Below, piece by piece: positions 10,423-20,661 of a DNA stretch of 64,000 nt (positions within the stretch are counted from its first letter, which is position 1; every line of letters starts with the position of its first letter). The DNA comes from Amoebophrya sp. A120 (lineage: Eukaryota; Protista; Dinoflagellata): assembly GCA_905178155.1 (NCBI GenBank), contig CAJINV010000011.1, forward strand, positions 3,313,077-3,377,076, read 5' to 3'. Position numbers and translations under genes: made by a program. The notes beneath the pieces were generated by a model. The model saw nothing but the letters and a program-made list of their open reading frames with translations. It had not been told where the DNA came from and did no database searches.

Positions 10423-13400
10423 ATGACCTCCTGCTTCGTGGCCCTTCTCCTTGCAGGTTCACAACTGCGGCTTGCAGGGGCAATTCATCAACGGTGTGGC
10501 GACTTGAGCGCGACGGTCCGGAATTCCTACGAAAGCGTGCACTGCGCCGGGTTCACATCGTGCAGCGGTTTCGGTTCCATGTCGGCGTCGACGTTCACGT
10601 ACCAGCTGGCGACTGTTACCAAGCTGTCGGGTAATCAAGGGTGGACCATCTCGCGTGGGGCCGCAGTTTACTATCCTACAATTCCGGAAGAAGAAACATT
10701 TATGCCGTCGTGTAAAAGCATACCCACGACCATGACCGCGGCGTAGTCACCAAGATGATTTTCATCATACAGTTATTTGCTAGGCAGCTGGTCCTCGAAA
10801 GGTTTTTTTCGAAACCAGTATGAGAAAGTTGGAGACGCAGTGTGCCATCGTCCTTGGCTGTGAAAGCTGCGTCAGCCCGAATCAAAGCACTTAGTCTGAT
10901 TTAAGTATGTAAAAAACATGGAAATATTGAATTATTTGCCAGATGACAGAAGCCTGCCACGGCCACGGGAAGCCGTATAAATATAGAAAAAGATGATGAG
11001 TAGATGCATGCCATATGCTGGACAACCTGGGAGACAGCATGTGGGTACGTTTTTACACAGGATCGCGATTTGTTTTTTTGAACAAGGCACTGTGGAAATT
11101 GAGTTTATTGAAGATGTGCGTCGAGGAGCTAACGAATTTCTTCGCTTGTTCACTAACAGCTCATCATCTTCGTACGTTGACCTGGCTCAGTATAATGGTG
11201 ACCAGTACTGCGCTTTCAAGTTCGGTGTAAAATGCGACGGATTGCAAAGTGATTGCAAACTGCCCGATCGTGCGCCGCGCCTGCATTGGCGTGAGTCGGC
11301 CTCTACCCTACAGGGCAGGTGGAAGATTCACTTCTATCCTGGTTCTGTTGTTCCACCGACGCCATCGAGGGCCGAACTGGCTTGTTCTCTGAGCACCACA
11401 ACTACGACCACGACCACCACCGCCGCCACGACTGCGACCACTACCACCGCTATGATCACAGTTACGAGGACCACGACTACGACGACCATGGTGTTGGTGA
11501 CAGATAATCCCACACCACGTCCGGTTTGCGTGGGTGTATCCTGCCCACTTGTGATCATCAGGCCCCAGTATACCGGGGGCAATGGTTGGTTTTTGGAGCG
11601 CGGCAACTCCGGGGCAAACGAAGCGGCTATGCATTGCAAATATCGAAGATCTAGGTCTGGAAGAGTGCAACTTGTCATGCTGTGATGTCTTGGGATTCTA
11701 ACAAAATCTGTATTTTTGCATGATGACCAGCGAGTACTAGATGAGTCCAGCTTGTTGTACTAGATGAGTCCAGCTTGTTGAGGGCATTGATTGTTTCATC
11801 TCCTATGCGAAACAATAGGCATAATTAGAAAGCCCTGTAATTGTAAAATAAATCTGTGAAGAAGATGCTACGCCATGAACTACAGGCATCACGGGTGGTC
11901 GTCATGCAAAACATGCATGAAAACAAGCCTGGCGATCTTCCACACCCAGACATTTTTGCAGTTGATAGCAGCTACCATTTATCTAACTGGCGGTGACCCT
12001 GCTTTTGAGCTGGTATTGTCCAAAGTGGATCTTGAGCCACCTAACGACACGTTGATCCTGCGATTCGGTGAACCTGAACCTGTGTCGTGGGATCTTCGTT
12101 CTTTAGTCCTCTCTGAGGGCCAAGGTCTCGTCTGGCCTCTGTCTGGCGCCTCTCCGCGCCTGGAGTGGTCTACCGGCGCCGAGACCCATATCATATGTAA
12201 AAACGTTCCCATGCCGCATAGTCAAGTTGGGAAAGCTGCAACACAAATCAGCAGGCTTTGGCCGTTCCTGTGCGCATGGGGCTCCGCATGAGAGGCATTT
12301 TAAGCATGCAGATTATAATTTGTATGACAACTATGGGGCTCTTTACACAGGAGAGCCCACAAGTCGGGCTGGCGGCTTCTGTACAAAAAGAAAATTTTAT
12401 CATGAGAAAAAATCCACTCTCCCCACAAGATTGAAATAACGAGATTTGTGACGTGGGATTTCGATTTCCGTAAAGCAAATCAACTTGTATTCCTAGCAAG
12501 CCAAGGGACGCAGTTGCGGCCTCGTTTGGAGGCTAATTTTCATGCTGTTTTCTGCTTCCAGTTGCAGCTTCCTGTCATGCTGAAAGCGCAAAGCCTTCCC
12601 ACGCCAGCCAGCACTACTACAGTGCACATCTTTAGTATATACTTGCCTTTTGCGATGGCAACGCCATTCGTGATCTTCACGCATCATGCTTCACAAAAAA
12701 TCACCGCTTCACTACGGGGAGGGGGGTTCTTTTTCCATTGTCATAAAGTTCGCCTGCTCCGGAGGATGACTCCGAGGACGATGGGACGACGATTCTGATC
12801 GTCGTTGCCGCCTGCGTCGGCGGTTTTTGTGTTCTCGGCGGTGTCGCTTTCGGGGTTCAGACCGTGATGGCACACCACCGGCCGGAAGCCTACATCGGCG
12901 CGGCAGAACGAGCGAGCCAGGTGGTTACCCTCGACTTGTCGAAACCTCCCTCGGCACCCAGCGTCGTTCCGGCGCCCGGTTTGACAATGGGGAACAAGAA
13001 GAAGTTTGTGGTTAGCCGCAAAGCTCTATCCCCGGTAAAAACTACGTCCCCACGACGACCCCATAATCAAGAAGTTTAGAAATCTGCAACACAATAAATT
13101 CAGAAGTTTTGGGCATCTCGCATGACAAGTTCCGCTCTACTGCATAGTGCGTGCAACTGAACAAGGGTAAGTAGGCCTAGCACGACCGTCACAAATCTGT
13201 CTCCTTAATATCGTGTGATGTACAACAGCATTACGAATGCCAAAGTACAACTGAAAATCATGCCTCTCATGAGGACAACGACAAGCGCTCTTGCAATTGC
13301 GAATCTGCATTGCAGCTCTGGGAGGTGGGTGTGGGCTCCGTTTTTTTTCCGGATAAGCACTCGAGGAGGAGATGCGGGCTGTGCAGTGGGCGGCCTCGCC

Positions 13401-15057
13401 ACGGGAGGAGGAGTTGGAGCTTATCAAAAGGAAAGATTCCGCCCCCTCCACATATCAAAAGGAAGTTTCTGATGCTGGATTTGCGTTGTACGCAAATCTG
13501 CTCTGTCTTGCAGAAAGAGCTTGGCGGCATTCGCATTGTTCATGCCTGTTTGGGTATAATAATAATGCAGATGATGGTGCCTGAATAAAGAGTTCTCCGT
13601 TTGATGAAAACCCTATATGCATCAGGAAGAACTACTGGACCTTCCGTGGATGGTGCGTGGGGGCGCTTTTCATTGTAATACAACTCGCCATGGTGGGCGC
13701 AGGGGCGGGCCCGCACGCGGAGGGGGAGGCCGCTTTCTGGGAGGAGGATGCGGGAGAGGACTACGGCGTTTCTCGGCCGGGCCGGACGACCGAGCCGCGG
13801 GGCGGGAGGAAAAGCAGTCGGACGAAGAAAAACAAAGGCCGCCGGGGCTCCGCTCTTAAAGCACAGTCTCGGGAGCACGCCGCAGCGACATATCATGGGG
13901 ACGAGCAGGAAGACTTCTATTGGGCCGCTGCAGAAGTAAGCGGGGCCACATTATGCAGTGCAAATATTGTCGAAAATAAAGTCTCCCGGAAATAAAGTGC
14001 AAGGTCGATGTCATGCTCGGCTAGCTTGACTCTCAACTCAGCGATCAGTCATGCGCATTACTTACCTCAAGGCCGCATTTTCCTGTCATGCAGAACAGCC
14101 AACACCCAGCAACTCAGAGATGTTTTGGTCATGTTGGGTCGCCAATTGCCGTATGATCCTCGTGATTCGCCAACCCGCATCACAAGTTTCCAGGCCCAGA
14201 CTTCTTTGCAATGGATACACGGACTCCCAGTACCAGGACTGGGGAGACGAGGTGGAGGGTTGGGGATATTATAGTGAAAAATGCCCCCCACCCCTGAAAT
14301 TGTAGAAATTTGTGATGCGAAGTTTCCAAATGAAATTCTTTTGTCATGCATGAAAGGAGTATGAATCTTTCTGATGCAGAGTCTAGGCGTATATCGCATC
14401 GCTTGCATGACAAGCGCCGCTCTTGCTGGGGTCTTTTGCAATACAAATTTTTGCAATTCACGATGGGAAACCTGTCATGCTGATAGATGCAAGAGGGCGA
14501 ATGTTTCATTTGGAAAGGTTTGCAATACAAATGTTCCCAACTTCGGGGGTGGGGGCATTTTTCATTGTGATAGGGGAGGCCCCTTATCCTGAGTAAAAAC
14601 GTCTCCACTTCTTCCGCGCATAGTCACGATGGTGACCTTGCTTTACTTAAATCAACAAGGTTTGGCCGTTGCGCATAACAATAAATTTTTGCGGCGAGGA
14701 GGAGCAAATTTACTCGTATTCAGGTAGAAGTGCAGCCGCATCAGAACAAAGCGATCACCTTTGATTTCCCAGTGATTTCAGCATGACAAGAACCTCCCAG
14801 ATCATAGCATTTGAAAAAAGTGCTCCTTATGGAGCTGCGCCTGAGAAGCGTCTTACTAGGTCTGCAGATTTGCATGACAAGTAAGGGGGAGGTAGGAACG
14901 TTTTTCTTTTTGCTTGGGACACCTTTCGCCGGGGACCTACGTCGCTTCGAAAACCATTCGTGGCGCTTCTGGTAGGACGCCGAGGGAGAAAATGCCGTCC
15001 GCGCGGGGGCAGAAAAAGGAAAAGCCTCGCAAGCAGGGGGCCTCTTCTCGGGTGTGA
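10423..15057 (+). CDS. Type I membrane/surface protein: signal peptide, Cys-containing ectodomain, Thr-rich stalk, CUB-like segment, TM helix, long tail; 9 introners
   Basis: MTSCFVALLLAG signal; poly-Thr 11395-11490; WSTGAETH|KSGWRLLY; TM ILIVVAACVGGFCVLGGVAFGV; frame open to TGA 15055-15057. First junction (about 10700/11065) uncertain. Confidence 0.75.
10701..11064. mobile_element. Degenerate family C introner, boundaries approximate
   Basis: GTGTAAAAGCATACCCAC ... GTGGGTACGTTTTTACACAGGAT; DR unclear. Confidence 0.55.
11628..11967. mobile_element. Introner family A with internal 23-bp tandem duplication (11734-11779)
   Basis: TIRs; DR GCGGC/GCAGC. Confidence 0.9.
12189..12354. mobile_element. 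Short (166 bp) family C introner
   Basis: DR ACCCA/GCCCA; right end mutated to GGAGA. Confidence 0.8.
12398..12745. mobile_element. Introner family B/D
   Basis: DR AATTT/AAGTT; removal opens the frame into the TM exon. Confidence 0.85.
13027..13355. mobile_element. Introner family C
   Basis: DR AGCTC/AGCAC. Confidence 0.85.
13422..13680. mobile_element. Introner, B-type left end and D-type right end
   Basis: DR GAGCT/CAACT; frame restored. Confidence 0.8.
13952..14217. mobile_element. Degenerate family A introner
   Basis: DR CACAT/CACGG. Confidence 0.8.
14267..14572. mobile_element. Introner family D
   Basis: TATTATAGTGAAAAATGCCCCC ... GGGGGCATTTTTCATTGTGATA; perfect DR GGGGA. Confidence 0.9.
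14585..14921. mobile_element. Introner family C
   Basis: TATCCTGAGTAAAAACGT left end, decayed right end; DR CCCCT/CCTTT. Confidence 0.8.
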
Positions 15058-16720
15058 CCTTTTTTTTTTATCAAATTTCGACCTGTGAATGTGAAAATGG
15101 AAACGAAAATAAAAGTAATATTTTCTGCTAAAATTGGGACATGCACATGGGACAACGAAGAAGAGGGTAGTAGTCATTGAGTTATTTTGATAAACCTAAG
15201 CAACGTACATCTGTAATACTACCGATGATCTTGTTGGCACTTGCAGGCGATGAGCACTAGTGTTGTTTTCGAAAAAGTGCGAAATACATGATCTGACTTT
15301 TTTATCTCACGATCTATCCCATTCGCATTCACAAGTAAAAAGTCTTGCAGCATCCGTTTTATGTTGCTTCATTTGTATTTATTGTCAGTGTAGTTAAGTA
15401 GTGAAAGTAACAAGTAGTATGGCGTCTACGTGCACCGACAGACTTCACGCCACACCGACTTTCTCTCATCCACTTGCAGCCTTTCACGAGCTTCTAATAT
15501 TTTTGCGTTTATTGTTTGTTCTGTTTGTCTTTGTACCGATTCAATTCTTTTTCTTCTGACATGCACATAGAATTATGTAATTGCGACAGACGTGTTGCGG
15601 CTACGCACCCCCCCGGCCCCCGCGAAGTCAGGTCCCATGCCGGTGATCCTGGGGCGGCCACTGGGGAAGCGCCTGGGGTTTGCGACAGGACCGCTGGAAA
15701 CCATACCACAGACTCCCTTAACCTAGAGTATAGTAGTAGCGTTGCTGCTACGCAAGCAACTTTTTCTGTAGTATGCTGTTGTGATGTGGCCAGGATTTTC
15801 ATTTTGCAGAGACGAGAACACCGGACCAGGTTTGAATCTCTCCAGTACTATTCGGTTCAAAAATCACTCTATGATGTCGCTTCCCTGAAGATTTTTCGGC
15901 AAGGTGGACGCCGAAGTAGGCACGATAGGTTACGTGTCCTCCAGAGGCACTTTTTTATAACGTTCGTAACAAGCTTCGGTCCGTCGTCATCCTGTCGTCG
16001 AGGTGCATAATAGATGTACTACATCGGAGGTAAAAAATATTTAATTTCGTAGTTGTCGTACTCGTATCCAAAGTAGATGATCTAATTCATCATCGTGCGA
16101 GAAATATCACACAGTAGAAAGGAAATATCGTGCAAAAAAGTCATCGTGCAGAAACGAAATATTATCGTGCGAAATTGATAATACAGAACCATGTGCAACA
16201 AGAACTATTGTGCCATGAGTTTTGCTGTATGCACACTGTTATATATAAAAATCGGTATTGTGAATACGATTACGATCGGTACTTATCGTTGTGGAAAAAT
16301 GAAGTAAGGCTTACCAGCGAAAGCGAGCCGTGGATGGTTTACGTTTTCTTGTTTCCAACACCACATCTAGGACCTCTGCCAAAACCACCTATCACCCCCC
16401 CATAGTCTGATTCCCCCCCAGGAATAGAGTTTGATATCATGATGTTTTAGCTGCATGCAACTACATTTAGTACAAGCTCTCCCTCGACGTCCCTCATTTT
16501 TTCCCTTATTTCAAGCACTCTCACGAAGCGAGATATTCTTGTCTTGTTACAGTACGGCATTCAGAGCCAGAAGTTGTTGTGCTTTGCCAAATAAAAGAAG
16601 AAGAAGAAGAACAAATCAAGTAAAAATCCATGAGCCGGCTTTTGTAAGCTGACTGCCTTTTATTTCTACCTGTACATCACACTGTAGGCGGTTGTAGTAT
16701 TAAGTACTTCTTCTAGCGAC

Positions 16721-19315
16721 ATGAATCCCATCCGGTTTTTGCAGGTCAACTCATACGGCAGCAGCCCGTGGGGCAAGGGTATCCACTGCAAATATCGATC
16801 TGGGTCTAGAAAGTTGCAATGCGGGACTGTGAGCAATGATAGGCGCGCTCTTGCAAAAATACGCATGATCCAACAAGCATGACCAACTTGGGAGCTGCTA
16901 TAAATAGGCTGTGTCTATGAATCATTCCGCATGTTGTTGCAGGCAAAGCATGTTCTTGCATGGCCCAACCAAGAGAAAAATTTCTTCGTACTTCTCAGGA
17001 GGCGCCATTGCTCATTCGATCCGTTCACTCGTTGATTCCTGTGCAACAACATGCATCAGAGAGTCTGGTATGTCATGGCAGCCGCAATGTTAGCATATAT
17101 GACCAGCTCTAGTACAACTTTCAGGGCCCAGAAATAGCAAATATTTGCGATCCATAAGTGGCTGCCCGGCGGTGTGCATGCACCTGGAGCAGGCGGTGCA
17201 CCACAACGTAACGGATGCGCAGAAGCTGCAGATGGCGCAGGAGTACCTCGCTGGAGGGGCGGGCGGGTGCAAGGAAGTGGCCTTCATCACGCTGCGGGCC
17301 GGGAAAAACTTCCATTTCCAGGTGTTCGACGCGACGGGGGAGCTAAAGATGCCCCTGCACGAAAGGAGCATCATCGCCGCGGCGCACACGTATAAATGAT
17401 TTTTGATTTTATTGCCTTTTCATGCACCACGCCACGACAACAAAAATGATAAACATTGTTCTTCCGCCACAGCCCTAGTTGTACTCAGCATCTTTTCTCC
17501 CACAAGAAATTATGCATGCTGTTCCTCCATGGTTGTTCAGGTTTTGCCATGAGCTGTCGTGCGTGTTCAGTGTAGTTTGATACGGTATTAAAGTTGCTTG
17601 TCAAAAAATAAAATGATTTTAGTTCTCGTTATCTGGTACTACGATGAACATCAGGATCTACCGTGGCGTGGGGCCTAACGCCGCTGCGCCGGGGAGCAAA
17701 CCAAAACCCGTGATGATCTTTGACACGACCGCCGGCCCGGCCACGATGGTGGTAAAGCGCGTCGCCGTCGACCTCGGCAGCCGCATGCTCCACCGCTACG
17801 AGATTAAACTTCCCTGTTTGCGCGGTAGGAAAATCCTCGAGCCCGTGACCAACCCCGAGTCGCCGCTGGGCGCCTACCTGTTCGAGTGCCTCTACTCCGT
17901 GGGAAAGTTTAATCCGCCGGTAGTGGCGAAAGATGACGCGGTATCCTGAGTACTAAAAACGGCGCCCGTAGAAGTCAGTGCTTACCCCGTAGTCAAGATC
18001 ATAGGAAATGTGCATAAAAAGACAAATCGAGAGCTAATACTGTTGGGTGGTCTACTTCCGCGTCACAAGTTTGTTTTCGCTATGCACTGTAAGTAGTCGA
18101 GTGCCTAGCTAGTAGTAGCCCAGTAGACGCGAGGAGGACGAGGACGTCACAGATCCAATTGCCTTTTATAGGCTGATCTACGCATTTGATGTTCTTGACA
18201 CATAAGTTTCACGAAACACGACTTGAAATAAATGCGTCACATAATGTTGGGGCTGCGCGCGAAGAGCCTGTGGTATGCAGGTTCGCATGGAGTAGATGAC
18301 ATCAAACATGGGGTAAGTACAACTAAAAAGTACAGGCGGACGTTTATTTTCCTCAGGATACCCTGGGCCAAAGAAGACCAATAGGTTCGCTGCCAGGTCA
18401 GAGATTAGGGCGGAAAACACGTTAGCGTTCAAGGGATTGGCCAACAAGGCCGCCTCGAAAGTTGTCGAGGCAAACAGCGGAAATAAAACAGACGACAGAG
18501 ACGACGGCCCCGTGGAAATACCGTTCTTGCCCACGGAAGGGTCAAAAAGTAACCACGCCTTGGTCCTGCTCTACGCATCAGAGGAAGCAATACGGAAAAT
18601 GAAATTCGATTGCGACAGGTACAGAGACTATGCTGATGAAATGTTGACTTTATTGATGTTGAGCGCGCAGCACCTATTGTTCTTTGGTACAAGAACCGTT
18701 CTTGCTGCTTTTATTTACGATTTATCCGTACTACCAGCGGTCTTTCCTTTATTTTCGAGCATCGTCAGAGACTTTTGGATACTATTCTATACTTTTGTGC
18801 GGCCTATGGTATGAAAATTACCTGAACAATCAAATAATATCGTCCTGAAAAATTATACAATCCCCACGACATGATCCTCCAGGTATGTGAAGGAAGTGGA
18901 GGCCAATCCAAGTACAAAGCTGAACGTGGGCTACATCGTCGCGACTGCCCCGTCGAAATCGGGGAAAACGGACGAGGGCGAGGACTGTACCTTCGTCACC
19001 CGGGTGTTCGACGGGAGCACGGGCGAGGAGCAGGAGGCCACCGGGTCGGTGATGAGCACGCTGATGCCGTTTTGGAACGAGAAGCTGCAGGAGCCGAAGC
19101 TTTTTAACTGGCAGCTGTCCCCGCGGAAAGCGCACATCGTCGCGGAGATTGGGCCGAACCAGGGCAAGGTGGCGGGGGACCCGGACGACGAGTTTAACGA
19201 CGCGAAGGACCAGGTCCTCATGTCGGGCGTCGTCACAGCGTGCTGGGAGGGCATGATCCCCGAAGAGCTCTTCAACCCAGAAGCGGTCCTCGACCAAAAA
19301 GGGAGAAGAGGATAG
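16721..19315 (+). CDS. Divergent PhzF/PhzC-like (DAP epimerase fold) protein; 2 introners and 2 GT-AG introns (17390-17654, 18619-18882)
   Basis: FLQVNSY..PWGKG|CPAV, KEVAFI, IFDTTAG, FVTRVF...EQEATGS, WQLSPR, VLMSG...EG follow the PhzF motif order. Confidence 0.8.
16780..17156. mobile_element. Introner family A
   Basis: DR AAGGG/AGTGG. Confidence 0.85.
17942..18360. mobile_element. Degenerate family C introner
   Basis: TATCCTGAG ... CTCAGGATA; DR CGCGG/CCCTG. Confidence 0.85.
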
Positions 19316-20661
19316 AAATTTCAGTAGTTCGCTGCACAGTACTCGAGGAAATTATTCACCTGCACGCCGTCGACCATGTTGACGACCAAAATTAATCGAT
19401 TCTAAGGAAAAAATTATCGCTGTCACCTCCTGATGCGAGGAGGGCAGCTGCTGTGAAAAGAAATACGTATCTTCGATTTTGAAATAGTACACAACATGTT
19501 CATATTTCACTATTGTTGTGTCGTAGTATGATTTTTAGCTTCTTCAAAAGGAGCGTTTCACTTTTATAGTGCACGCACAGTATAGATATAGTTTCTCTGG
19601 TCCCCCTTTGATCTTTTGGTTGATTCACTTCCATATCATACCCTGACCCACACGACCCAAAGATCACAGTCGTTTTGTTCTTTTGATATTTTTCTACTTC
19701 AACCCCTAAAGCAAAGGAAAAAGCTACTTTTCACAAAAATAACTCTCGCTTCTGTTAGTATGTATCTTTGATGCACAGTGCTTTTTTCCGCGATTCTCAT
19801 GCTAATTTATTCTCTCTCATAACATGAAACACTATTTGCCAACATTTTTCCAGCAAGTCGAATCGAATAGAAAATCTGTTATTTTTGAAATAGAGCATCA
19901 GCACAACAGGTTCAGCTTCTTTCGGCTCGCACAGAGCACATTGACAGATTTTGTCGCAGGAGCCGACTTGTTAGTTCGTGGTCGTAGTCGTGTCATGGTT
20001 TCTACTACTCTGAGAGAAAGAGTTGGTTTCGCTTTGGGAGGGACCGTCGAGCGCCGTGCAAGAGCGTTAAGATATCATACGTCTCTGCTGAGTTGTGACT
20101 CAGGTTCGTGCTGCACACCGGTTGGCAGCGATGTAGCTGTCGGTTTCCGTTGTACTACACACGAGCAGATGTAGTTCGAAAGATGACTCGTCTTTCCTCT
20201 TTCGAGCAGCAAGAGCCGCGGCATTGAGTAGAAAAGGGACATAGTTTTTGAAAAGTCCAGGAACCACGTATAGCAGACAGAGAACCACGGCCCGGAAGAA
20301 TATTAGTTTGCTCAAAAGATACATTATACCCTTGTTGCCCCCGCCTCCACCTCCTTGTGCCTGTCCCAACCTGCCGCTTCCACCAGCCGACGCAGCTTTT
20401 ACCGGGCGATATTTTTTCGACATCCGGTAGTTCCTTCGCAGTTCCCGCACAAGAATTAGTAAGTACTTGGTTTGCCTCGTTCCGCCGTCTTTCCACGCCG
20501 TGAACGACATTCCGTGCTGAAGATCATGGAGTACTACGACGAGTAAAAGTTGCAAAGAACCTCCACCCTCGTAGTCACGTGTACTCTTTTCCGGTCTACT
20601 ACTCCTGTCTACGCAAGAACGCCAAGGCCAGCACGTCGATTCCTTTTGGACCACCGCCCAC

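Noticed and set aside
15509-16010. Gene in the GC-rich patch near 15590-15730
   Set aside because: No convincing start, splice partners or motif
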